A stretch of DNA of 64,000 nucleotides from Macrostomum hystrix (GCA_950097015.1 CATNEN010000029.1:1674001-1738000); one strand, 5' to 3'. Shown: positions 23,220 through 35,191, counted from the first letter of the stretch. The notes: generated from the sequence alone by a model not told the origin. A program made the numbers and translations.

Positions 23220-26019
23220 AGATTATAGATCAGTATTTGAAACCTTATATGTGATTTAATATTGCTTTTATTATTAGCCAACTGGTTAGCCAAGCATTGC
23301 CAGCAGCTGTTGCGGCTGAAAAAAATAATAAATGACGAATTCAACTGGTTTAATCGCATGTCTAGTAATGACAGGCTAGGCTGGCCCTGCAAAATACTCT
23401 ATTATATAATGGTACTGTTGGTCATTCATGCAATTAACTGCAACCATTAGCTGGTGTAGCAGAAAAAAGAATGAAATTCTGAGCATCCTACTCGTACTTT
23501 AGAGAGTAGTATAGCAAACAATAATTGGACATTTTCTTATAATGTCAATTTTTAGGAACAAAAATAGTAGACATATAGCTCACTATTTTTTGCACACATG
23601 AGACCAGTTAAGACCTTATCAAAAAGATGACAGGGGCTAAAAAAATTGAAGAAATAGGCAATTTTGTTGAGGATTTTTCAAGTTGAGGATCTAGCTTGAT
23701 GCAGGATTGCTTTTATTGTGAATGATGACAATATAGGCAAGCTGTAGCAGAAATTGGTGGCAATGCCTCCATGCTACATCCAAGTGATGTCCCTGTAGCA
23801 GCTCTGACTTATCAGTGTAAAAACTTGCAATGGGTCACAATCGATTGCAATAAGACAACTACAGATCACAACATTGCTCATCAAAAGTCAAACTAAATAG
23901 AGGGTCCTAATTAGGTCCATATACATTTAGTTTTAACGTTCTTGATCTGTATTATGCAAATTGATTAGGGTAAGACCTAGGGCCAGGCAACAATGGCCTA
24001 CAGGACCCAACTAATTTATATATATAATGTGTGTATGATTATACCCTTAACCCTTTTAATTTTAATTTGCTTTTGTATAGTGGTTTTTAGTTGCATTAAA
24101 ATATTTATGTACCTATGATCTACCACATATATTTACATAAATTGTTTCATCACTTTGCTATGATCCTCATTTTGAGATGCATATGCAAATACAATATACA
24201 AGAATTGTAATGCTAAATGTATTAATATAACACATTCATAAATATGTTAATATCTACATATTAAGCTAGAGTTCAACCATAGATATAGGAATGGCTATGG
24301 GAAGACGAAGTTAGGATGTATATATTTTTTGTCAAAAGTTACAGGCTATATCATCACCATAAGAACTTTTGTTTAACCTGTTTTAGTGCTTTAACAAAAA
24401 TTAACTTGCTTTTGTTTGTTGGCTTACAATTTCGGTAAAAAAACGAATGCAGGAAACTAGGACATTGACGAAAAATGACTTCAGTTACCAAGAAATAAAT
24501 TTACAGTAATAATCCCCAAATTCTGTCCTACATAAAAAACAATTATTAAGCAATATTCTACACACAATAAATACCGTTAACACTTTTGTGCGCCGAGAAA
24601 TGACTCACAGTTACATGTAATAACTTTAAAGTTATAATTAAAAAATTAACAAATAATCCCCAAATTCTATCCAATGTTAAAAAAATATTATCAAGTAATA
24701 TTTTGGACACAAAAAGTACAGCTAACACATTTGTGCGTTTCGTTTTCTCTTCTCTCTGTCACACTTTAAACTAATATATTGTACACATGTGTATTAACGA
24801 TACTTAAGTTAAAGCTTTAAAATAAGAATAAAGTAAAAAGACAGAACTACGCTAATCAACCGTAGACTTCTTGACATAAAAACGATATCATCGACTTAAT
24901 AGAATAGTTAGGATTACCGTGCACGCCTTGCACTACAGCTTCCTCTCGGTGTGTTACGTGTGGTAGCAAAAAAAAGAATTAAAATGCGATGCTTAACACT
25001 TTTTTAATTATCGCAATCGCTTTGATTGACTTAAGGCAAATTGAGAAAAAACATATCTTCATTGTTTTTTATAGTATTTAAATAACTAACAGGGCTTGTT
25101 CCGTATATGTAGCCTAGTCGATACTATATATATAGAGCAAATTTGTTTTGCTGCCAAGACCTTCGCGTGCTATGGAATTTAATAAGTGACTATATCACAG
25201 CAAAAAGTTACGAAGTACTTCTTTCACAAGTCTTTCACAGTCTTTCACGAGTTAGTAAACAGTGAAAGTTATCTTTTATATGAATTAAAAAGATTGTTAC
25301 ATTTTTCGAGAAAAAAATGAACAGCTGCGGCCTTTTTTGTGTACAGCTCGACCGATCGAAAAATTTCTCAGTTATCATGATAAAAATGTATCATAAATTG
25401 ACTATTCATATGCGCGAATAGCGTAAATATACATACTGTTTACACCTACCAAATATTTTTACCTAATTTATATTCGTCTTTTGATCCAGACTTTACGACA
25501 TTTCTTATTTACTTTTATATATAGCGTCTCCCAGTCAAATTTGATACCATTGGAGCTGAGTAATTTTATATTCCACTATGTTATAGCGAAATCCAACTCG
25601 TTTCACTGTGACTCGAGATATTCTATGGTAAATGTGCAGTTTTTTTTCCTTAATTCAAGCCTGAAGGCTTAAATTTAAGTAAATCTATAAGCTCCTTTGC
25701 TTGTTTTTTGAGCTTTATTACTTTTAACATATTTTTTTTAGTTTTCCAAATCAGCACTAATTTCCTTAGGTTCTACAAAATGTATTAATTTTGCGCTACA
25801 AATGAATAATAATTTTCTAACGCGTACTGTTACGAAATTGGAATCCAGCCAAGATCTATTTTTCATAGCAGAACGTTTTCACTAGGGACGGATAGTAAAA
25901 TAACAAAACATTAGCAAGTGTAAATATACTAAAATTGTATTTAAAGTATAATTACTTGTGTTTTACAGTTTTGGAATTTTTTAGATTAAATTAGTTTGGT
26001 CCGTTGTCTTAAATCATCG

Positions 26020-27846
26020 CTAGTAGATTCGACCATCGATATACAGTACGTCGGTTCGTCTCTCCAGGTATTTGGCTTCGTCGTCACCTTCATCGTTCTC
26101 CTCCAGCTGCAGGGCTCGCCACCAGTTGGTGCCGGTGCACTGCAGGCGCCGCATCTCCAGTCGGTGCCGAGTTTGTGCGTGAATCTGAGCAGGCGTTGAG
26201 TTGCTTGTGAATTTATAAACGTCACTATCCGCAGCCTCCTCGAGTTTCGGTGCCGACATTAGTAGCTGAGCATCGGCTTCTAAGCGGCTCAGCAGAGCCT
26301 CTCGCTCTAAATCTTCCTTCGGTGCTTGCAGAGACTTGACAACAAATTCGTGCATCATGGCCTGCGAGGATCGATACTGGTTTGTTAGTTCTTCCCTGTT
26401 CCTCTCCTTTGGCTTGCTGATGTATTGCTGCCTCTGAATCGATTCCATAATCTCGGCTCTGGTCTCATCTGAGATCGGGGCGATGCGCTTCAGCTTCTCC
26501 ATCATTCTTTCGTATTGAATCGCCCGCAGCCAACGCCGCACGGCCCGCTGAATGGTGACGGTAGCCCTGATGACCCTGGCCATGGACTTCTTTTCTTCCA
26601 GTTTGCCGCGCTCTCGCCACGACTTGTAGCGCGCCTGAATCTTGACGGCTGCCTCATCTTGCTGCTTCTGGACGAAGGTTCGCACCGTACTAGCAGGCAA
26701 GGTGCTCATCAGCTGAACCTCCATTTCTCGTTTCTCTGCCACCAGCTTGCGACGCCTGATGGCCACTTCGTATTCCAGCTCACGCCGCATCCGCGAAGTT
26801 TCAGTCTCCTCCCTGCGCCCTCTCTGACGCTGTCGAATCTTGCGCTGGAACTTTGCCAGCGATTTGTTAGCCCTCTTCAAATCGCGCCGCACTTTGAAGC
26901 TGCGCCAATTCGATTGGATCATTGTTGCCGCCCGAATTTTCAGCTCCATCGTGGCCCGATCGCCAGACTTTGCATCTAGCAGGCGCACAAAGTCCTGAAG
27001 CTCTCGCCCGAAAGTCACCTGCCCTGTCCATTTTGTGAGCAGCAGGCGCAGCCCGCTGTACTTCATAATTAGAGCTTCGAGTGAGTCGGGGTAGTTGCGC
27101 ACAATGGCCAGCAGTGTGCGGATGGTTTCACCAGCCAGCTCGGCTGATTCGCCTGTGGCCAGATCGTAGATCATTTCTTCAACCAGCGATTCGAACAGTG
27201 CCTTGTCCATTGTACGGCACAGGTCGGCCTGGTAGGAGATGCACGATCTCAGCAGCTTCAGCGTGCTGATCGGTGTCTCGGGGTCGTCGGTGACAAAAAT
27301 TTGCAGAAACCAGGGCGAGTGGATAACGTGGCTGATCATTGTTCTCTTCTGTCGGAGATAGTTGACTAGGAAACTGATGACCCTGTCGTAGCACTGAAGC
27401 AGTTTGTCGGCGCTCATTTCGGAATAGACTTTTTTCTCAGCCGCATCACAATAGCAGCCCTGAAGTCGCTTCGAAAGTACTAGTAGATTTTCGCAGAACT
27501 GCGGCACGAGTTTCTTTTCGAATGTCTCTTCCGGGTCCTCTGCTTTGGTGACATAAATATTCACCATGAGATTGTAGGCCAGGTCAGCTAGCTTTAGTCC
27601 AGTCTCCCAGGTGCCAACAATATTGGAGAAGTCTCTACGAAGCGACATCAGCAGCAGCGGTAGGAGATCAAATTTCCATATGTCCTGTTTCACAGCCGCG
27701 GCTTGTGCACTGCCTGCGGTGACTCGGCTAAGAATGTTCTCGATGCGAAGCAGCAGTTTTGGAAGGCGCCGCTCATCCTTGGTGTTCCCGATGTCCATTG
27801 CCAGCTTCTCGATTTCTGATATCTTCGAGCCCATTACCGCTGCCAT
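26020..27846 (-). CDS. IQCB1: IQ calmodulin-binding motif-containing protein 1 (nephrocystin-5), intronless CDS, 608 aa
   Basis: Helical N-terminal region, three IQ motifs (AATMIQSNWRSFKVRR, AAVKIQARYKSWRER, ATVTIQRAVRRW), coiled coils and a C-terminal NWWRAL resembling the NPHP5 WW motif. A possible 52-nt 5'UTR intron lies at 27899-27950. Confidence 0.9.
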   Translation of the reverse strand: MAAVMGSKISEIEKLAMDIGNTKDERRLPKLLLRIENILSRVTAGSAQAAAVKQDIWKFDLLPLLLMSLRRDFSNIVGTWETGLKLADLAYNLMVNIYVTKAEDPEETFEKKLVPQFCENLLVLSKRLQGCYCDAAEKKVYSEMSADKLLQCYDRVISFLVNYLRQKRTMISHVIHSPWFLQIFVTDDPETPISTLKLLRSCISYQADLCRTMDKALFESLVEEMIYDLATGESAELAGETIRTLLAIVRNYPDSLEALIMKYSGLRLLLTKWTGQVTFGRELQDFVRLLDAKSGDRATMELKIRAATMIQSNWRSFKVRRDLKRANKSLAKFQRKIRQRQRGRREETETSRMRRELEYEVAIRRRKLVAEKREMEVQLMSTLPASTVRTFVQKQQDEAAVKIQARYKSWRERGKLEEKKSMARVIRATVTIQRAVRRWLRAIQYERMMEKLKRIAPISDETRAEIMESIQRQQYISKPKERNREELTNQYRSSQAMMHEFVVKSLQAPKEDLEREALLSRLEADAQLLMSAPKLEEAADSDVYKFTSNSTPAQIHAQTRHRLEMRRLQCTGTNWWRALQLEENDEGDDEAKYLERRTDVLYIDGRIY

Positions 27847-28157
27847 GATTTCGAGGTTCTTAGTGATAGCAGAAGCGATAGCGGTAAGATTTTAGCAGCT
27901 GCAAATGACCTAGTCAAGAGCAGGCGTCTTTTTAGTCCTTCTCATTTTACCTGGCTGCGTCAGTGAGTACACAGAAAATTCTAGGCCTGTACAGTTAGGC
28001 ACACCTCACCCAGATCTTTCTACCCAGAACTGGTACAGGCAGTCCCAGCGCACCAATTTCTAGCCAGTGCGTTGTCTACGTGCCCCCCTTGTCTCCATTT
28101 CTCTCCTCCTCAGTGTACACTCAACCCTTGCTAGCAGCGCCTCTTCTCCTGTCCCTC

Positions 28158-28189
28158 GTAACCAGGGCAACAGCAGCTTCAATGGCAAC
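28158..28189. promoter_or_regulatory. RFX X-box (GTAACCAGGGCAAC) plus an adjacent degenerate X-box (GCTTCAATGGCAAC) in the IQCB1/DRC7 bidirectional promoter
   Basis: 28158-28171 fits GTNRCC-N0-3-RGYAAC and lies ~115-130 bp upstream of the DRC7 ATG. Both flanking genes are ciliary. Confidence 0.75.
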
Positions 28190-28284
28190 ACGTCATATAG
28201 AGCAATGCAGTCTGCTCTGGCGGCAAGTTTAAATTCAAATTCTGCCACGAATAAACTGCTCGCTGGGAAGCAAACGACCAGAAC

Positions 28285-31185
28285 ATGACCAAAGACTCCG
28301 GCTCGCCGATCGAAGACGACAAGCCGAGGACGCCCGGCTCCAGACAGGGCTCAGCCAAGTCTGGGCGAAGCGATGGCGCGCGGAGCGATAAGTCGGCAGC
28401 GAAGAGCGACAGATCCGCAGGGACGAGAAGCGACAAGTCGGCAACAGCCAAAAGTGACAAGTCCGCACCACGATCCACGAGGTCTGCGAAATCGCCCAAG
28501 GAATCCGCTGAGGATGGCCAACGAGAAGATGCTCATTCGCCAGCCGATGCAGCAGCCGAAGTCGAGACCAAGGATCTCACAGAAACTGTCGAAGATGGAG
28601 AAACCTCGGGAGCAGAGGACGGTGGACACGAAGGCAGACACGCGCATGAGACAGAAGGCGGCCTCGAGGCCATCGCCGAGGAGGCTATTCGGGAGGAGGT
28701 GGAAACGCTAAACAAGGAAATGGACAATATTCAGATTAGCGTCCCCACGTTCAACGAGTTTGTGCAGCACGAAACTGAGTTTCGCTTTAAGGATTTCCCA
28801 GTCACCTATCACGAAAACACGGTTACTGAGGATCTTGTTCTGTCTTACGCTGCGAATTTCCGTCGTCAGTACGCTCACCTGGAGAAGGATCGTAAGCCAC
28901 TTTTTCTTAACCCATTGAACGAGTGCGACATCGAAAAGTTTGTCTGCACCACTCTGAATCCGACCAAGCTGCCGTACAGAGAGCTCTACGATTGGCATGG
29001 CGCAGCCAGTTTTGTTGCCGACTATCTCAACTATGTGCTGCTCGATCCACCCACCGAGCTGCCAGAGCGCATGTTCTCGCCGTCAACAACGCTGGAGATT
29101 CAGAAGGGCCACTGCTTTGAATACTCGCAGCTGCTCTGTTCTATTCTGCTCGGTTGTGGCTACGATGCCTACGTCGTGAGCGGCTATGCGACCAGGGAAA
29201 TCTGCATGATGGACGAGTCGCGGGACGTCTGTTCTGAGTTGCAAAGGAAGCTGGAGGCGAAGCGCGAAGCGACGGCCACTGAGCAGAAAAAGTACTCAGT
29301 GAAGCCGCCGAAGGACCTGCGCAGTCAATTCATTCTCAACATGGAGGCCCGAAAGGTGAGGGAGGAACGCGAGCGCGAAGAAGCCGAGAGAAGGGAGGCG
29401 GAGAAGCGCGAACTCGAAGCAGAGCGGCCCGTCAACGATCCTCTGTACGGACTACGAGTTCACTCCTGGGTCCTCGTGCTGGCCGGAAAGCGCGAAGTCC
29501 CGGAGAGCTTCTTCATCGAGCCACTGACTGGCGTGGCTCGGCCGCTTGTCAACGACGACTACTGCGGCATTGAGAGCCTCTGGAACCACAAGAACTACTA
29601 TGTCAACATGCAGAGCTGCCGTGAAGGAGTGCGGAAGCTGAGCTATGACCTTGGCGACTGCACACTTTGGGAGTTTATGTTCCCTAGCAACGAGAAGCCG
29701 CTCTACCTTCTCCCAGAGGTCAAGGAGCAGCGCGACGAGGAGGAGGGCGATGAAGACAACGAAAAGGTGGAGGAAATCGAGAGGCACTTGGACATGCCAA
29801 AAACCTGGACGAAGCCGATCGTGCTCTCGCGGCGGGATTTCGAGACTCGGTGTCCGCACGGAAAGAAGACAAAGATCTACAAGAAGGCCAAGCTCGAAAA
29901 ATTTGCCCCGTATCTCCTTCGCGACGGCATGGTCATGCGGCTATCCATCTACACAGATAGAACTCTGTCTGACCTTGTCGAGGTCAGAGAGTATTTCGAG
30001 AATCGGGCCGACAAGCTCACTTTGCGAGTGAGAGACATGGCCACTGGCAAGGTTTCTGAGCACTTCGCCAAGGGACGCATGGAGAGGCTTCACGAGCACC
30101 AGTACTATGCGTCTAGACCCGGCCCGGAAACTGAGCGGGTCATGTTTTTCTACAATGACGCTCGCGTCGACTGTCTAGCTCGGAGGGAGGAATGGCCTCT
30201 AGAGATGAAAGAGTTCTTTGTCAACCGCCCGGACCGGCTATACTTTCGGCACACAGTTTTTTCGAAGCGCGTCAAGAAATTTGCGCCCCAGAGTGCGCCA
30301 GGTGAGCCGGAGGTGCGTCCGATCAGCAGAATCGAGGAGAAGTTCGCTCGGAATCCAGAAGTTCCCGCTAACGAGGATGTCGCCGAGCGAATTTTCGTGT
30401 TGACTGAGGACCGCATTCAGCTGGTGTACCATACCGACTCCAGCAAGATTGCTGCCAGCACTCGCGAGTACATCAAGCCGCCGAATTCCGACGAGAAAGG
30501 CACCGTGATTGTCCTGCCGCCAGATAACCACAGTACGTTCCAGGTGGACCCGAACAAGGCCGGCAAGAAGGAGGTGCAAGTCTACCAGCTGCTGCTGGAA
30601 CTCATCGCGATCGAGGAGAAGACGAAGGAGCGGGTGCGTGCCTCCGAGAAGGAGTCGCTCGACATCCTGAACGCCAGGTCGAGGGAGGAGGCAGATGCTG
30701 AGATGGACATCAGTCTCTACGACACGGAGAGAAACGAGAAGGCGAAGAAACATCGCGAAGAGCTGGAGCGTCAGCGTCAGGAGGAGCTCATGCGCAACCG
30801 CGAGCTTGAGCTCGACTACCTGGCACCGTTCCTGGCGCAGCTCGGCGAACCAACCAGGATCACGAAGGAAATCGCGTTCGAGCTGCGCAAGGCCTGTCTG
30901 GAGGACTTCAAGCATCGCCTGATTGACAAGGCCAACCTCATCCAGAGCCGCTTCGAGAGGCAAAGCGCCGACCTGCAGAAGAAGCAGAGCTGGTATCAGC
31001 AGAACCAGGTGAACATGTCCAAGAACGACGAAGAGGAGTATTTGAAGTACTGCAGCGAGGCCATGTTCAAGATTCAGATCTTAGAGGAGATGCTGCAGCG
31101 GCACAAGAACTTGGCGCCGCACAAATTCCAGGCGCTGGAGCTGAAGCTACGGACCGATCCCAGGCTGCAGGACTTCCTGAACTGA
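28285..31185 (+). CDS. DRC7: Dynein regulatory complex subunit 7 (CCDC135), intronless, 966 aa
   Basis: Transglutaminase-like core (GHCFEYSQLLCSILLGCGYDAYVVSGYA; HSWVLV; FFIEP; IESLWNHKNYYVNMQ), a C-terminal coiled coil and a low-complexity N-terminal extension. Confidence 0.93.
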   Translation: MTKDSGSPIEDDKPRTPGSRQGSAKSGRSDGARSDKSAAKSDRSAGTRSDKSATAKSDKSAPRSTRSAKSPKESAEDGQREDAHSPADAAAEVETKDLTETVEDGETSGAEDGGHEGRHAHETEGGLEAIAEEAIREEVETLNKEMDNIQISVPTFNEFVQHETEFRFKDFPVTYHENTVTEDLVLSYAANFRRQYAHLEKDRKPLFLNPLNECDIEKFVCTTLNPTKLPYRELYDWHGAASFVADYLNYVLLDPPTELPERMFSPSTTLEIQKGHCFEYSQLLCSILLGCGYDAYVVSGYATREICMMDESRDVCSELQRKLEAKREATATEQKKYSVKPPKDLRSQFILNMEARKVREEREREEAERREAEKRELEAERPVNDPLYGLRVHSWVLVLAGKREVPESFFIEPLTGVARPLVNDDYCGIESLWNHKNYYVNMQSCREGVRKLSYDLGDCTLWEFMFPSNEKPLYLLPEVKEQRDEEEGDEDNEKVEEIERHLDMPKTWTKPIVLSRRDFETRCPHGKKTKIYKKAKLEKFAPYLLRDGMVMRLSIYTDRTLSDLVEVREYFENRADKLTLRVRDMATGKVSEHFAKGRMERLHEHQYYASRPGPETERVMFFYNDARVDCLARREEWPLEMKEFFVNRPDRLYFRHTVFSKRVKKFAPQSAPGEPEVRPISRIEEKFARNPEVPANEDVAERIFVLTEDRIQLVYHTDSSKIAASTREYIKPPNSDEKGTVIVLPPDNHSTFQVDPNKAGKKEVQVYQLLLELIAIEEKTKERVRASEKESLDILNARSREEADAEMDISLYDTERNEKAKKHREELERQRQEELMRNRELELDYLAPFLAQLGEPTRITKEIAFELRKACLEDFKHRLIDKANLIQSRFERQSADLQKKQSWYQQNQVNMSKNDEEEYLKYCSEAMFKIQILEEMLQRHKNLAPHKFQALELKLRTDPRLQDFLN

Positions 31186-32726
31186 ATCGGCGCCCTCTCA
31201 GTCGGCTGTCTGATCCGGAGCAGGCGAATAATCTAGACTTTCGAGCGGTTCTCAAACTGAACGCTTGCCCCATGGACTCCTCCTTTGAAAAGTTATCGTT
31301 CGAATCCTAGCTTCACTACTCGAGGCAGTAGTAGTTCATCGCTCCGATTGACCAATTATTTTTTATTATCGTATTTTATTAACCGTTAGATTTTTTGAGG
31401 ACACTCGAAAGGACAAGAATTTATCGCGTGTCTAAAATAATGCCCTTTTAAAAATCACTTCGAGCACTTACTTAGCAACAAGTTCCGAGTTGCTCTACAT
31501 GCTTTAAATATATCGTGTGTAGTGTATGTTTCTTACTTTCATCAAGCCGCATTTCAATTTTAATTTTGACTACTCGAATCCAAAGCAGACTAAAGGTGCA
31601 ACTTAACTAAGCAATATAGTGCAAGTGTATTGATAAGAAGTGAGACACCCTGTAGGGAATCAGTGAGCATCTTTGAGAACTAGAGCGTGAGATTTAAATC
31701 CTATTCTGTAATGCCTTGATAAAAGCTTATCTGATTCGCTTGCCAAGATTCACAATGCTTCTTAAAGTGCAGCTTAATCCGTAGCAAGCTCGGCTTAACT
31801 TCTAGGGAAAATTGGGATAAATTTTCCTTTTAAATACTCTCTTAACAGACCTTATGGAGCTTGATTTAATTCTTAATGCTTTTTTACCTATTCTCAGTAA
31901 CTTGAAACTATATTTTGGCAAGGTATACTAAATCGAACGGTCCGTCTTTTAGTGGTTTTTCGCCATTCACCTTTTCGATGGGATTTCATTAGATAAAGTG
32001 GAGTTCTAACACACGCGTACCTTTTTAGCATAGTGCGCAGGGACAAAAGTACTCAAGTTTTGTCTAGGCCCAAAATTGGTGCACGTATTATATCATAATT
32101 ATGCTCTGTAGGCTTCAATTATGCAAATGAAAATTTACAATCCGATTATCTGATTCAGTAAATCTGGAATGACACCCTCGGGAGACACCTCGGGACTGCC
32201 AGCAGGCTAGAGAAGAACTCAGAGACGGCGAAAGTGCGCCTATGAGCTTCAGAAAGGGCCTCTATAAATCGGCTTTAACCTCACCGCCAGCTTTGGAAGA
32301 AAAGTTGAAAAAAATATGCCTAGAATGACCGAGAATGAGAGACAAAAATGAAATCGGAATCCAATTCTAGACGGATGAGGCCAATGAGGATCGATTAAAA
32401 GTTCTCCCCATCGGAAACCAGACAGACTGTTTGCTCAGCGGAAGTAAAGGACGCGGAGTGTGTCTGTATTAGGGGCAAATAGCAATGGCGGTGATCGTCT
32501 GCAAACTTCCTGTCTGCACTATAGGGAATATTTTTCTCCCATGCAGCCTCCCAGCCTCCCAACCACCCTGGCAACTCAGAGACGGCTTGTCCACAGAGCT
32601 TTGGATATAGAACCTTGAAAGACAACAATCCGCCGAAACCTCAGTTTTCCAGACTTGTGAAGGCCTAGTCACTGTCCTAAATTTGCACTGGGAAAAAAGG
32701 AACTAGAATTGTAATGCACTACATAA

Positions 32727-33207
32727 CAGAAGACCACAGGGGTGCCCGCTGCCTACTTCACAATAGCTCCAAAACCGAAGGGCCGTTTTTCGTGAAATTC
32801 CACGATCTGAATAACATTTTTCCGCCCTTGACGATGAACTTACTTTCAAAGCCGTACGAGCCAGCATCGTCGAGATATTCAGCGATTCTTGTCGAAGACC
32901 CTGGTGACCCCAGTTCAAAAGTGCATAAATGAACAATATAATAAAAACAAAAAAGACAACAATGATAGAATTTTGTGAGCAGAAAATTTTTGCCCATTTT
33001 TGTTGTTTCTGCCACCAGACACCCCGACGAGAATCGTTGAATATGTCGACGATGCCGATGTTTTGTGATTCTGAAATTGTCTTCATCGGATGCAGCGGAA
33101 AAGTTTAGCCTTCATGTTCTGGGCTTTCATTACGATTGGTTGAATATTTTAGGAGATACAGAAAAAAAGGAGGGTATTTAATTGAAATACTCGCCTGTGG
33201 TCTACTG
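32727..33207. mobile_element. MITE-like family C, apparently complete copy (481 bp)
   Basis: Terminal inverted repeats CAGAAGACCACAGG and CCTGTGGTCTACTG match at 13/14; the interior is shared with the 22245 and 59601 copies. No clear TSD, so the superfamily is unassigned. Confidence 0.7.
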
Positions 33208-33429
33208 CTAAAATATTAATTATCGTCCGTTTTTTACTACTGAGCTGTGTTTAAAAGAAAGTTTAAAAAACGTTTGCAGCGAAAAAGCGCGAATTGTACA
33301 CGCAGAAATTAGTTACTTTGCGTTCTGTGAGTACCTGAAACTTTCGATGCTTTCTATAAATTAAGCTCGTAAATATTGAAATAACAAAAAAAAGTTTTAT
33401 AACTCACACGTTTCTAATGTTTTTTTATA

Positions 33430-33521
33430 TTCTTATTCTTATTATTCTTATTATTGTTATTATTGTTATTATTATTATTATTGTTATTCTTAATATTACT
33501 ATTATTATTATTATTGTTATT

Positions 33522-33552
<31 letters not shown>

Positions 33553-33590
33553 CTATTATTATTACTATTGTTATTATTATTGCTATTATT
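33430..33590. repeat. (ATT)n microsatellite
   Basis: Directly visible; the poly-N, poly-I and poly-L ORFs here are artefacts. Confidence 0.97.
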
Positions 33591-34126
33591 CAGGTGCGCA
33601 CGCCGATTGGGTGCTGATTTTTTTGTTTTTTTGATGTTTGAGTCTGAACAATTCGAGTTAAAAAAAATAAGGCAATAGAAAAACAATCGCATGCATAAGA
33701 TTAATTTTAGGTGAATAAAATATTTGAAATAAACAATTAGGCATTAAAACAAAAAATGAAATATTTAAATTTAAAAAGAAAATTAGAACTGTGAGTGAAA
33801 TCACTTCGCTCCCGAAAGGTGAATAGATATTGTGTTTTTGCATTCTAACTATGGGCTTCATTGTTCTAACTTCTACGAGCGAAACTTTGCATTCTAGCTA
33901 GTTATAGGTAAATGGCATATTTAGTATTTCTAAAACATTTTAGTTCCTTAGAATAGGTGAGAGAAAAAAGAGAGTGGTCTATTGGGAGCTCTATTGGCTT
34001 GTCTTCACCAATCCGGGCTGCCTAGATCTCATTGGTTGTCGAGCTGATTTCCCAATGGTTTAAAGTTATAACTGAAGAGTTTACTTCGAAAAATAGTCAC
34101 GTAGGAACAAGCTTCAGCCGCGTCAA

Positions 34127-35191
34127 ATGGGCGGCACTTTATCAGCATCGTCGGCGCCTTGCCGAGTTCTGCTACTGGGGCTGGACAACTGCGGCAAGAC
34201 CACCCTGCTGAGGCAGCTGGTTGCCAGGCACGACGACGCGTCGGCCGAGGCGGAGGCGAGCGACACGCGGCGGGTGCTACCGACGCTAGGATACGAGTCC
34301 GAGCTGGTCCGGCTGTCACAGGGAGGCCCGGATCTTGCGCTGACAGAGGTGGGAATTCTAGACAGGAATAGGATAGTCAGTACCAGGCACACTTATTCGG
34401 ACTTCTCACCGGGAGGTCGGAAGCTCGAATCTTTGCAATTTGTTTCTAAGAGGAAGATATCCTAGATTTTCGAGAATCAGCTGAGGGTGGAAATTTTGGC
34501 GGGTAAACTTGGCCCAATGCATCATTTCCACCTGTCTTTTTATCTTTATATTAAGAGTGTACAAGATAATGAAAGGATGCTGAAAAACACGGAAATATTG
34601 CAAGACACAGAGTGGTTACAAGACACAAAGATCCCACAGGTACCAGACGCTGAAATAGTACAAGACGCTGAGATGGTACAAGACACTGAGAAGGTACAAG
34701 ACACTGAGAAGGTACAAGACACTGAGATGGTACAAGACACTGAGATGGTACAAGACACTGAGATGGTACAAGACACTGAGATGGTACAATACATATCGCA
34801 GCCGCATGTCACGTGTCGCTCATCCCAAAAGGTCGGCGGCAGCCGTGTACTACGCGACTCCTGGCGTTACCACACCCGGCTAGCTGAAGGCGTTGTATTC
34901 GTCGTTGACAGCAACGACCCCGCCAGACTAGAAGAGGCCCGCCAGTTCCTATTCGAGGTGGCCACCAGCTGGGAGTTGCTCGGAGCCCCGGTGCTGGTGC
35001 TGGCCAACAAGCAGGATTTGCCGTTCGCCCTGTCTGGCTGGCAAGTGGCGGCCCGGCTGCAGACGGAGCTGCTGGAACGGCTGGGCCATCCGACGCATGT
35101 GCACCGGACTGTTGGCTTGACTGGCGACGGCCTAGTGACTGCGCTGCACGTGCTGGCCAAGTTTGTTGGACAGAGGCGCAGGGGTGATTGA
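34127..35191 (+). CDS. ARF-like small GTPase, 2 exons (34127-34348, 34832-35191)
   Basis: MGG N-terminus (possible myristoylation), G1 GLDNCGKT, switch-I PTLG, spliced G3 LTE|VGGS, VFVVDS and G4 NKQD. The phase-0 GT..AG intron is 483 bp and contains an in-frame stop. Confidence 0.88.
34595..34790. repeat. 18-bp repeat (GTACAAGACACTGAGATG)n inside the ARL intron
   Basis: Directly visible; the QDTEMV peptide in ORF 34487-35191 is intronic. Confidence 0.9.

Noticed and set aside
23722-23810. ATGATGA...GTGATGT...CTGA C/D-like arrangement on the plus strand
   Set aside because: I recognise no rRNA or snRNA complement for the guide, and there is no host intron structure or paralogue. A cmsearch or snoScan run would settle it.
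34487-34831. QDTEMV-repeat N-terminus on an ARF domain
   Set aside because: It lies in the ARL intron; splicing 34348 to 34832 restores a continuous G domain.
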